Below, in pieces: positions 51,749 to 64,000 of a stretch of DNA of 64,000 bases. This DNA comes from Octopus sinensis (taxonomy: Eukaryota). Each line of letters starts with the position of its first letter. Position 1 is the stretch's first letter. A program made the translations under genes and the position numbers. The notes under the pieces are model-generated. The model did no database searches and had not been told where the DNA came from. It saw only the letters and a program-made list of their open reading frames with translations. The stretch lies in contig NC_043003.1 in NCBI RefSeq assembly GCF_006345805.1, forward strand, positions 1,364,001-1,428,000. The letters run 5' to 3'.

Positions 51749-53669
51749 CACACATATAAACCACACAAATACACACACACACGCATATACATAAATAATA
51801 TACACACATATTTATATTTATATCTACGTAAAGATATTTCTACATCTATATTCTTATACTTTCATATATTTCATACAATAATTAATATCATTACCACATA
51901 CTAATTAAAAGGAACATTATAATTTATATTGAGACAGTTGAAGATTGTTACCATGCCTGGACAAATACTATTCATCTTGTTCTTCCTCCTGTCGGTATCT
52001 TCCTATTTTCCTCTTAAGGTGAGTCTATTTCAACTTAATTACAAGTCCCTTTTTTTCTTTCCGTCGAATATATAATAATAATAATTTAAGGTGTGACCCC
52101 TGTGCATGTGAATGCGTATGTGTGTGTTTGTGGGTGGGAATACATAGGTGTAATAAATACGTGTACGTCTATCTTCTGACTCAACGTTCTGGGTTCAAAT
52201 TCTGCCGAGGTCGACTTCGCCTGTTATCCTTCCGGGGTCGATAAATTAAGTACCAGTGAAATACTGGGGTCGATATAATCGACCATCTCGTCTCCTATAA
52301 TTTCAGGTCTCGCCCCTATTTGTAGAAAGAATATACACATATATTAGAAATACACGCACACACACAAACACATACACACACGCACACACATACACACACG
52401 CACACACATACATACGTATACACAATCATATGTATATATAATTTATTTATACCTATATATGCTTAAATATATTTGTAAAACATTTGACCGCTAACGGGAT
52501 CGCTGGATACACTAGAAATAGCAGCTAAACCTACCTCACATTGCACGTTGTCGTCTAAATTTTAAAAAAAGATATAATTAGATAATTCAGTCCTAGACAT
52601 CTATAAGATGCGATGGCCACGGTTGAGTTGTCTCTGGGGGTTGAAGAACAACAACAACAACCATGATGACGACGAGAAATGACCACAACATTTACTGGTC
52701 GCTTTCAGAGGTGACAAATGTGGAGGGGGGTGGAGCTACGGACAATTAATTACTGGTATTCATTAAATAGAAAACTGAGGAATTAAGAGTGAAGCTGACT
52801 TTGATGCGATTTGAACTCAATACTGAAATGAAAGTATAGAATGTCACTTATTCTGTGTGGCATTTCTGTCTGTAGCTGTTTTGATGGGTTTTGTTTATAA
52901 GCACACACATATGCGTGCGCGTGCGCGCGCGTCTGTGTGTCTGTGTGTGTGTTTGAGTATGTATATATGTATGTATATGTGTGTGTGAGTGTGTGTATAT
53001 ATACACGCATATATATGTACGTACGTTTGCATGTATGTATGTGTATGTGTGTGTGCGCGTATGTGTGTGTGCATGCATTTCTGTATGCATACAGACTTGC
53101 ATACATGTATATGTGTCTGTGTGTGTGCATACGCATACACACATGTATACATGCATTCACACGCACACACACATAATATACATGCACATACGTACATATA
53201 TGCATGTATGTATGTATGTATGTATGTATGTATGTGTGTGTGTATGTGTGCATGTATGTATGTATGTATGTATGTTATGTATGTATGTATGTGTGTGTGT
53301 ATGTATGCATTCTGCATTGTGTTCGGTGCTGAGCGTTCCAGTTATGCATGCTCGCTCCATTAAGCAGGCAATTCATTGAATTTTTACTGAAAACGCGAAG
53401 AATTCCAGAGACACATGCACTTTTACGGTAATCCTCAAGCGGAACCAGCGTGAAAATGTATGCACGAGACAAAGACTCGTCTTTGGAATCTCACGCACAG
53501 TCCGTCCGAGGAGTTTCCACATACTTTCCGTCTACACAGTTTTACTCACAAGGATTGAGTTCAGCCGACGCTAAAGTTAAAAACTTCTTGATCTCGATTA
53601 GAAGTGGACTTTTAAACACTCAATCAAGCTTGCACGCATACATACATATAATAATGATTATATGTATGT

Positions 53670-53815
53670 ATAATAATTTTTTCCTCCTATTCCTTTCTGA
53701 CGAAGAGCGTAGGCACGAAAAGTCAAAGACTTTTCTATTTTTCGCGAGCGTCAAACGAATACACTTGTTTGTCGTACCTACACTTGTCTTCATCTTTTGT
53801 TTTCTGAAAATTTGA
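53670..53815 (+). mobile_element. Penelope-like terminal repeat fragment with hammerhead-like motif
   Basis: CTTT-CTGACGA-A-GAGC-GTAG-GCAC-GAAA-AGTC-AAAG, same spacing as the 34692 copy. Confidence 0.6.
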
Positions 53816-53834
53816 AATATATATATATATATGC

Positions 53835-53873
<39 letters not shown>

Positions 53874-53914
53874 GTTATGTTGATGTAAATCGGGAAGATA
53901 GGACTCAAAATATA

Positions 53915-53986
53915 CAGGGTGACTAAAGGTCCGAGAGTTTGATAATAACCAACGCGCGCGAAGCTCTCGGACCTTGAGTCACTCTG
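53915..53986. mobile_element. 72-bp mini-MITE
   Basis: TA|CAGGGTGACTAAAGGTCCGAGAG and CTCTCGGACCTTGAGTCACTCTG: 23-bp TIRs, 2 mismatches. Confidence 0.85.
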
Positions 53987-54491
53987 TTACTTCTGGTAAA
54001 TATCAATATCTATATATATATACACACACGAATGTATGTGCGTAGGTGTTTTATACATGTGTGTGTATACGTGTGTGTGTGTGTGTGTGTAAGGCGGCGA
54101 GCTGGCAGAGTCGTTAGCACTCTGGGTGAAATGCTTAGCGGTATTTTGTGCATCTTCGTGTTCTGAGTTCAAATTCTGCCGAGGTTGACTTTACCGTTCA
54201 TCCTTTCGAGGTCGGTAAATTAAGTACCAATTGAGTACCGGGGTCGATGAAATCGACTTTCCCAGCCCTAAAAATTGCTGGCCTTGTGCCACAAGTTCTT
54301 AGGAATCGAGAGTTTCGTGCCAAAGCACTTTTGAGCGAGGAAAAGCGGTTTGACACGAAGAATTACGCCCTTAAGTAACCTACGGCGCATATTTCACTAA
54401 CCATAAATTATGTATAAACCCATTACATGTGTGTATATGCAATAAGTATTGTGTGTGTATATATAGATAGAAAGACAGACACATATAGATG

Positions 54492-54579
<88 letters not shown>

Positions 54580-54803
54580 TGCAAACGTATGTGTGTGAGC
54601 GTAATGGGAGGAGGGTGGCGTCAGGACCGGTGATTTCGACGCATGTGGGCCTCAACTATCTCGTGTCTGTGTCTGGTGTGATATCCAACCAGCTTTATAG
54701 ATTTGCAAGTCATACCAGCACACCTCTAACAAATTCCAGGGCTAAGAGATGAAACTCGTGGCATAGGACTCGTAATTTCTTGCTATATATATGTGTTGTG
54801 TAT

Positions 54804-54852
<49 letters not shown>

Positions 54853-55068
54853 TCGCTGTGGGTATATATATATACACACACACACACAATGTGCTCTGTA
54901 CGTAACGAGCTTATCTAATCTTGAGGTGTCAAAGGTTTTGTGTTGGTGTATGTTTTATAGTGTTCTGGTAATCGGTCCACCGAGAACACAGATATCTATG
55001 TTTGTGTATCAATATTACCAGTGAAACGCATGTCTTCGACCGAAACGACGGAGCTTGCTCCACAAATA

Positions 55069-55292
55069 CAGAAATCCTACGCTATATCGCGGTTCACTTA
55101 TCACGGTTTATTATTTAAACTTACATCGATTCCTCTGTGGTGTTGTTTTGCATTTATTATAAAATAAATATATACAAATTATAAAAATAATTTTTAAAAA
55201 ATAAAAAGTACAGTACTGTTTCTACTTCGCGGATTTTCACCACTCGCGATGGGGTTTGGAACATAACGCCCGCGATAAACGAGGGATTACTA
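55069..55292. mobile_element. Tigger/pogo-like MITE
   Basis: TA|CAGAAATCCTACGCTATATCGCGG at left and CCGCGATAAACGAGGGATTACTA at right. Confidence 0.65.
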
Positions 55293-55857
55293 CACATCTT
55301 CCATGCTACAACACCAGGTCGCCGTTGAACGAGCGACCATTCTTTACGTTCCAATATTCAGTGATGGCTCGTGTGGGGCATTTTGCGCTCCATCAAAATC
55401 AGAAAAGGCCATTTCACGTTTGTAACGTTGGTAGATTCTGGTGATGGTAGCATCGGTGGAGAGTAAGGATGGCTCAGTCAGAGTCTGACATTTGCAACTG
55501 CTCTCCACTTATTGTTACGAGTAAACACCCTCAACTCGCTGTTTGAGCGGAGGGCATTGTGCTTAATGATCTTTCAGCTCATTTGGGTGTGTTTTTTGTT
55601 GGGGTTTTTCCCCCAAGTTGAGTGGGGGAGTTAGTTTTTTGTAAGGTATAGTGACAGTGTTTGGGGGTGTTATACATGTGTGTCAGAGTACATATAGGTA
55701 GTGGGGACTGTTGGTATTATATGTTGCCGCGGCAACAAACCCTACCCTCCCTCGTGTGTCCGGGTGGTCCTTCATTTTTAGTGCTTTATACTGTTTTGTA
55801 TCTAATGTCTGTTGGTGTGATCTGTGACAATATTTTATGCTGTAATGCGCTGTTTTG

Positions 55858-55904
<47 letters not shown>

Positions 55905-55967
55905 TTACTATATTTTGTTACGGTCAGATCAACAAAAAAGTACGTCATCCGGTAAGAGATAAATATC

Positions 55968-56186
55968 GTTGGTAGCTCATAACGATATATTTATTGAAAT
56001 ACATTTCAATAAATATATAGTTATGAGCTACCAACAGTTTCATACGTTAGAGACGTGGTCTGGGCAAGTTTTTCTAACATGCCTAGTGTCTCCAGGTCAT
56101 CTTCTTGGAGACACTAGGCGTGTTAGAAAAACCTGCTTAGACCACGTCTCTAATGTATGAAGCTATTAGCAGCTCGTAACTACATG
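55968..56186. other. Overlapping double hairpin (33-bp and 81-bp stems)
   Basis: H1 arms 55968-56000 / 56003-56035 (1 mismatch); H2 arms 56014-56094 / 56106-56186 (12 mismatches). Confidence 0.9.
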
Positions 56187-56213
56187 CTGTGTACATTAAA
56201 CCATATATGTATA

Positions 56214-56420
56214 CTGAGTCCGACAAAACACTGTATACACACTTCGGAAGGGAAAAATCTGTGTAAATATTTTAATTCGGTGTTATTAAAATTCATCCAG
56301 GGTAACTGCAATTCGATAAAACATTGGAAGAAGAATCTATTTTTATAGAGGAACTTGTAGAAGTGAAATATTTATACAGACTTTTCCATTCCTGAAATGT
56401 GTATACATTCCTTTTGGCGG

Positions 56421-56426
<6 letters not shown>
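56214..56426. mobile_element. Tc1-like MITE with about 60-bp TIRs
   Basis: TA|CTGAGTCCGACAAAACACTGTATACACACTTC...AAATATTT vs AAATATTT...GTGTATACATTCCTTTTGGCGGACTCTG. Confidence 0.8.
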
Positions 56427-56461
<35 letters not shown>

Positions 56462-56749
56462 TCAAAACGCGGAGTAGATAAAACAGGGGACAACTGACGA
56501 AGGGATTGTCCTTAATGTTTGCCTGTCTCGTTTCTCTATTTGTTTTTTTCGTTGTTTGAAAAAAAAGTTCGTTTTCCAGGTTTTTTTTTATGTTCTCGCT
56601 TTTCATTTTGTTCACGTTTTCTTTTTACGTCCTGTACGCATATATGCATGTATATATACATATATATGTAGGTATTACATATATGTATGTAGATATTGCA
56701 TAGACTAATAATATTATTTATATTATATATAAATATATACATATATATA

Positions 56750-56796
<47 letters not shown>

Positions 56797-56813
56797 TATA
56801 TATATACATACAT

Positions 56814-56878
<65 letters not shown>

Positions 56879-57065
56879 TATATATATATTTATATATTAT
56901 ATTATGTTATTATGTCCAGTTCTAATAAAAACAATTTTACATTAATTTGGAGGGTTATTCTAAACTTTTGTAGAGTTAAAATTTATTATTCTTAAGAGCA
57001 CAAGAATATCATCGACAGTGACTTCGAAGTTTTCGACCATCTAAGCCATCGTTGAAACCATATAC

Positions 57066-57118
<53 letters not shown>

Positions 57119-57225
57119 TCATTGTGTGGTTTGTTGTGGATATAATAGGGCCCAGGTAGGAATGACATAATAAATTAAAGACCGCTCCTCGCACCGTGTT
57201 GTCGTTTGTTTCTGTCAATCAATTC

Positions 57226-57415
57226 CAGTGGCGTACGTAGCTAAGGTGTGGCGAAGAGAGCAACCCGCCCAGGGTGACTTTTTTTTATGGGTGCGGCACT
57301 TTTACGTTTGCTGTATAGGCCTGTATAGGCTTCGGTGATCGGGGGGGGGGGGGAGATGGAGTAGTAAATTCAAGGGCTGCTGACTCGGGCGGCACACAGT
57401 CTGGCAACGCCACTG
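57226..57415. mobile_element. hAT-like MITE
   Basis: CAGTGGCGT...ACGCCACTG termini; degraded 8-bp flanks ATCAATTC / GTCAAATG. Confidence 0.6.
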
Positions 57416-57419
57416 GTCA

Positions 57420-57700
57420 AATGTGTGGAACATGTGATCGCTCTATGTTTGTACACCGTTTTTGCTTTGCTTATAACGTCTTCAATTTGTGTTGTAAACG
57501 TTGTGGAAGGATTGTATGCAACTCCCACTAGTTCTGTGGTGTGTGTGTGTGTGTGTAGTATGATGTTTGTGTTGTGTGGAGCCTGCGATGGTTGGTGGTG
57601 TCTGATGTTCCCTAGTGTGGCTGGCAATAAAGAAAGACAATGGATGATTTGGTCGGCGATGAAGTCTGTAGTTGTGTTATTATTATTCAAATCGTCGCCG
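57420..57700 (-). mobile_element. LINE RT C-terminal relic
   Basis: LVGVAYNPSTTFTTQIEDVISKAK resembles the LGVTFDxxLTFxxHI...KA motif. Confidence 0.4.
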
Positions 57701-58366
57701 TCGTTGTTGCAGCTTCTGTTTGTCTCCGATTAGCATTCATTAAGCAGACCCATAATGAAAGACTTTCTAGCCACGACCACCCCATCCGTTTTTTTCTTTC
57801 TTTTCTTCAATCGTAATTACCTTGGACTACATTATTCATGGCTCTGTCTCAAGACGGCATGACATAATTTCTAGGGAAATCGGTAACGTTTCTGATTGGT
57901 TGAGCAACCACATAAAGATTCCCCCGTTGGCCCGCTGCTTTTATTGTTGTTGTTGTTGTTTGTTGTGGTGGTGGTGGTGGTGTGGTGGTGGTGGTGGTGT
58001 GGTATTAGTCCCAACAGATTCAATGAAGTCATATGACTTAGTAACTATAAATAGCCAGATGCTTTATTCCTCTCCATGGGTGCGTTATCTCTGATGAGCT
58101 GGCAGTTAGGATTGAACCCAGGTCAAGCCAATCCTCTCCGTTTTCTGTCCAATCATGTGAGAGGTGTTTTCTATGTTCGATATTTCTTTTCAACTGATTA
58201 GTCATCATTAGTTTTTATTTTATCGATCAAGGCAAAAACGAAAATCGATCTCTTTATGTACATAAAAACTATATATATCATGTGTGGGGGTGGGCGAGGT
58301 TGGTAGTCGTGTGGGTTCTGTGATGGGGGTGCGTGTTAGATAGATAGATAGATAGATAGATAGATT

Positions 58367-58447
<81 letters not shown>

Positions 58448-58623
58448 GCGCAGGCGTGAGTATGAGGTGAGAAGCTTGCTTCCCAACCACATGGTTCTGG
58501 GTTCAGTTTCATTGCATGGTACCTTGGGCAAATGTCTTCTACTATAACCTCGGACTGACCAAAGCCTTGTGAATGAATTTGGGAGAGGGAAACTGAAAGA
58601 AGCCCGTCGTATATATACATATA

Positions 58624-58684
<61 letters not shown>

Positions 58685-60722
58685 ACTGGTGTCGATTCGT
58701 GCGACTAAAATTCTTCAAGGCGGTTGCCCAGCATGGTCGCAGTCTAATGACTAAAACAAGTGAAGATAAGATGATGTGTGTGTGTGTGTGTGTGTGTGTG
58801 TGTTGCATTTAAATTTGTATCTGTGTGTATTTGTGTTCCCGTACGAATGTATATGTATGGGCACACACACACACATACACACACCTACACATACACACAC
58901 ACACATGTGTGCTGTAATGTCAGAATGAGAAACGTATGTTGACAGGCGCTTCACTCTCCACAGCCGACCTCCTCAACTACTACTGCTACTACAAGAGATA
59001 CAGCTGACCGCTTAATGCCCACTATTTACTCCGCTTGTAAATTTTAAACTGAAATCCTCTCACAGATCTTATAGAAGGCAACGGGCTCGACTTCAGCATA
59101 GTTTTCAGCGCTGAACTCAAGCAGAAAAATAACCACTGATTGAATAGCTTAAATTAAGGATGGGGGGGAATCAGTCAATATTTTCCCATTTTTTGAAATT
59201 TTTTTTGCGGTTTAATAAGAAGACTTAAGGACAATGCACGTGACTGTTTTACATTTCCCTCGTCTCACTCCGAAAGGGACGAAGAAACCACGATTTAAGG
59301 GGTGCTGTAGTAGAAGGCAGTGCATCGTGATACTGGCTATTCTCATGCAGGAGACTGGTCAGAATGCTAGAATCGAACCCTGCAACCATGTGACTGTGAA
59401 GAGAACTTCTCAGCCATACGGACATGGCTGCCGCCTGACCCCTACTCACCACCACAAGCCATCCTTGTGCTGCTCCACACATACGCTGGCATAAACTCAC
59501 ACACATACAGATTATGTCAAAGAATGGGACTGTGTGGCGTTCGTGCCTTTCTCAAATTCGTTTCAAATTTGACACTAGGCCGATAAATACGAAGGAGGGA
59601 GTAAGTCGATTACATTGATCCCCCAGTATTCAGCTGGTACTTATTTTATTGACCTCGAAAGGATTAAAGCCTAAGTCGACCTCAAAACGTGAAGACGGAC
59701 AAAATGTTTCTAAGCTTTTAATCCGGCGTGCTTACGATTCTCTCACTTTTCTTGCAGTGGACCCTATTAAAGATACACCAAGGGGCCAATTGCGGTGATG
59801 CTTAACGGGGTGACGTATAAAATCTAAGAAGACGAATTGGTTGAGTTTCTAAGGTGTTCGGTGGAATGCCTCGCTTTATTTGTTCTTGCTCACTACAAAC
59901 TGGGTTCAAATCCGACAGCGGTCAGCTTTGCCTTTTGCTCTTTCGGAGCCGATAAAACAATGGCGATTGATTGATGGAACTGTTGGCACGTTAGATCGAA
60001 TACTTTGCTGCATTTGTTCCGTTCTTTGACAGTCAGAGTTCAGATTCCGCTGCTGTTAATTTATCTTTCGTTCTTTCAGGGTCGATAAAACAGGGCCAGT
60101 CCGATGTGGTTTAGTACTGTTAGAGTGCCGGGCAAGATACGTTGTGCTATCTGACCCTATGTTTCTCATAGCAACGACCGCGACAACATTGGTGCCAAAC
60201 TTCAAGGACCCAAGTCGGTATCCTTAAATAACTATCTAAGAGTGAAGAACTGTGCATGTATGACCACCAGTTGGCCTTCTTAAACAAAAAGAGAGCCTTA
60301 CCCAGGATTGCACATATATATATGCAGATGCATGGTTAACATTGATTGTCGGAGGCCCTACCGATGTATTAAAACTCGCCACCCAGGGACCAGTACAGTC
60401 CGATCCGTGCGCTTTCTGCACAGTTACTGGACATCCTGATTTCATTCACAAATCTAGAATCGATCCTGCAACCATGTGACTGTTAAATGTACAACTCGGC
60501 CACACGGACATGGCTGCCTTTATAAGCCATGCCTCTGCTCCACAAATACGCAGACATAAACTCATGCACATACATATGTCACAGAATGAGATTCTGTGAT
60601 GTTCATGCCTTTCTCGAATATATTAACATCTTTTGCAGTGATGTGGTGCTAGCTATGGTACCGACGGTTATATATTGTTGTTCATTTCTTTTACCTAAAA
60701 TGAAAAGAAAGTGTACAACTAA

Positions 60723-60791
<69 letters not shown>

Positions 60792-60980
60792 ATGTATGTG
60801 TGTGCGCGCGCTTATATGATTTTATACGCTTGTTTTATAAAAGCACATAAAGCACATAAAGTATATATATATATTATATATACATAACATACATATATAA
60901 TATGTATATGTATATATATATATGTATATGTTATATATATATATAATAATATATATATATACATATATATATGTATGTAT

Positions 60981-61050
<70 letters not shown>

Positions 61051-61070
61051 CATATATATATGTATGTATG

Positions 61071-61132
<62 letters not shown>

Positions 61133-61238
61133 TTATATATATATAATAATAAGGATATAATTTTTAAAACGATTATACCAATGGCCTAATGCATAGGTAA
61201 AAATATTTTTTTTTTTTAAAACATGATTATGAAATATA

Positions 61239-61646
61239 TATTTCTTTCTTGCCCACAAGGGGCTAAACATAGAAAGGACAAACAAAGGGATTAAGTCGAT
61301 TACATCGACCCCAGTGCGTAACTGGTGCTTATTTAATCGACCCCGAAAGGATGAAAGGCAAAGTTGACCTCGGCGTAATTTGAACTCTGAACGTAAGCGG
61401 CGGACGAAATACCTATTTCTTTACTACACACAAGGAGCTAAACACAGGGAGGACAAACAGGGACAGACAAACGGATTAAGTCGATTATATCGACCCCAGT
61501 GCGTAACTGGTACTTATTTAATCGACCCCGAAAGAATGAAAGGCAAAGTTAACCTCGGCGGAATTTGAACTCAGAACGTAGCGGCGGACGAAATACCGCA
61601 AAGCATTTCGCCCGACGTGCTAACGTTTCTGCCAGCTCGCCGCTCT
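61239..61646 (-). mobile_element. Dimeric SINE family A (one head, two bodies) with 16-bp TSD
   Basis: Full copy 61643-61413 plus headless copy 61412-61240; ATGATTATGAAATATA at 61223-61238 and 61647-61662. Confidence 0.85.
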
Positions 61647-61872
61647 ATGATTATGAAATATAATGATAGTTAAGGACTATTGGATTATAGGTATTTGAAA
61701 TCTACTTCTAGCGTAGGCTGCTGGTCATATCCAGTAGCCGTAATATTATTTTATAATTATGTTTTTAAGACATATATATATTATATAATATATATATATA
61801 TATATTATATATATATACAAACGCATATATATATATATATAGAAACACACACAAAACACACATATACATACA

Positions 61873-62033
61873 CTGTTGTATCTGGGGAGTCATTTTCTTT
61901 TTGTGCCTTATAATTTAACACACTAACCGGTAAAATTTACAATAAAAAATAGAAATAAGAAAAAAGTGGAAATTTTACTGGTGGGTTAAATAATAAGGCA
62001 CAAAAAGAAAATGACTCTCCCCAGACACAACAG
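61873..62033. mobile_element. MITE with about 65-bp TIRs
   Basis: CTGTTGT(A/G)TCTGGGGA(GA)GTCATTTTCTTTTTGTGCCTTAT...GTAAAATTT inverted pair. Confidence 0.85.
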
Positions 62034-62554
62034 AAAATGCTTCAACACACGAACTCACATAAAGAATCTTGCAAAGCAAATCCGAAAACGCAATATATAC
62101 ATACGCATATATGAATACGTTTGTACATTTGATATTTTCTTTGAATACATCTGAGGTCTCTAACGGTCTTTGTTTATGAGCAGAATCGTTAGGGAGTTGG
62201 ACAAAACTCTGCGCAGTATCTAGTTGCTGCTTTGTATGGTCTAAGTTCAAATCCCGCCAAAGCCGACTTCGTCTTTTATTCTTCTGGAGTCGGTAAAATC
62301 GTGAATCAGTCGAGTTTGATCTCAATATAACAGACTCCGCCCTCCTCCTCACCCCCCCCCCCAATGTACTTTAGTCAGAACTCCTCTTTGTTTTATCTTC
62401 TCTCTTTACATTTTTTTTTTGCCAATCCATTTTCTCTTTAGAATTTATCCCCCGCCACTCTTTCGTTTTGACATTTCAATCTCCGTCTCATAATTTTTCC
62501 CCTCACTCACAGGCATTGAAAACAAGGGAGGGCGATTCTAGAAATTTCCTATAA

Positions 62555-62613
<59 letters not shown>

Positions 62614-63261
62614 GCTTTTCTCTTCATTTCCCCATTCTGATTCTCAAACACACACACACACACTTGCATTTCTCTCTCTCTCTTTCCTTCCCTTTATCTC
62701 TCACCCCTTTTGTCTCTCCTCTTTCTTCTCCTCTCTCTCTTCCTCTCTCTCTTAACTTCCCCTTGTTCATCCCAATCTCACTCCGTCCCTCACACTCTCT
62801 CTCTCATTCTCATTTCACTTCAAATCAATCCTAGACATGCACAGTCCTTCCGCCCCGCCACTCCCATCTCACCCACCGTCGGTAAATACTTTCATTTAAA
62901 CTTAGTGAAGCCTAAAGTTAAATTGAAAATTTGTCACGGTCTTTAATCCATAACAATGCCCAGTGGGAGAGCCACTGTATTGTTATTTCCCTCAAAAGGG
63001 GAGCGGGGCAAAGAATTAAGGGGCGGTGGAGACCCAGATGTGAATCATTAACTATTGTTGTTTACATGTTTCACAGAATACTTCAATGATTTATTTTCTC
63101 CTCATTACTGTGGTAAATTTTAATTAATTTAGTGCGCACTTAACTATTTGCTTTACATGCAGCAGGTTTCCCTGCGCATTCTTTATTTATTTATCTGTTT
63201 GCGGTGATTCTTTTAGGCAGTCACGCGCCTAAGTGTTCTTTCGGTAAAATTTGGCATGTTG

Positions 63262-63345
63262 ACAGTTGATCGAAAACAGTTGATCGAAAACAGTTGATCG
63301 AAAACACTCGATCGGAAATAGGTTATCGGAATCAGCAGATCGAAA
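63262..63345. repeat. 14-bp tandem repeat (ACAGTTGATCGAAA)x3 plus three decayed units
   Basis: Read directly. Confidence 0.85.
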
Positions 63346-64000
63346 TAGCAATCGCTGTAACACTGACTTGAATATCCAAGCAATCGATTTTTTTTTGCCA
63401 TTTTTCTTTTCTATCGCTTGTTTCAGTCATGCGACTGCGGCCATGCTGGGGCACCGCTTTGAAGTGTCTAGTCGAACGAATCAATTCCAGTAACTATGAG
63501 TTTTGTTGTTGTTTTTTTTTTCATCTGGAACTTATTCTATTGGTGTTATTTGCTGAGCCGCTAAGTTACGGATACGGAAACGTTAACAAACCAAATTCGG
63601 TTGCCAAGCGAGGGTGCAACAAACAGACATACACACACACACATATATATATATATCTATATATCTATCTGCATACACATACACACACGGCGGACTTTCT
63701 CATAGTTTCCGCTTACCAAATTCCCTTTCAAGGCATCGTTAGTCGACCTGGGGCTTGTGCGTTGGGACTGAAACCGAAACCGCGTCGTTCGCAAAGCTGC
63801 TTTTTCAGTCATACAGCCATAACATACATGCGTTTTGTGTGTGTGCGTGTGGCGGTGGGTTTCGTGCGTGTGTGTAACGGACTTCCACAGTTCCTGTCCA
63901 CCAAATTCCCTTTACAAGCATTTGTCAACCCATGGGTAAAGTGAAAGTCACTTACTTCAGGTATTACGCAGGGAGGATCGAAGCCAGAACCATATAGTTG

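Noticed and set aside
60236-60445. 69-aa ORF with an internal GTAAGG donor
   Set aside because: Weak acceptor, no recognisable homology, overlaps a duplicated SINE flank.

Overview
Repeat-dense, gene-poor eukaryotic DNA, most likely octopus or another coleoid cephalopod (inferred from the tRNA-derived SINE families, the very long (TACA)n/(TAGA)n/(TA)n/(ATT)n microsatellites and the transposon mix). No intact, recognisable host protein-coding gene was found, and most ORFs in the supplied track are microsatellite artefacts. Supported features: a nearly full-length CR1/L2-group LINE (4477-8487, minus) whose ORF1 has two CCCH zinc fingers; four R4/Dong-type retrotransposon 3' fragments beside (TAA)n arrays; RTE, Tx1/L1 and Penelope relics; four Tc1/mariner elements packed into 28.9-33.0 kb, one nested in another; many MITEs and SINEs; one 100-N gap. 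Best leads: (1) a 3'-terminal stem-loop shared, with compensatory changes, by two LINEs and a SINE family; (2) a minimal hammerhead ribozyme consensus in two Penelope-like repeat copies; (3) an overlapping double hairpin at 55968-56186 whose long stem has only transition mismatches; (4) candidate orphan exons near 19.2-19.9 kb and a candidate promoter/first exon at 50.9-51.2 kb. All alignments and translations were done by eye; boundaries of degraded elements are approximate.
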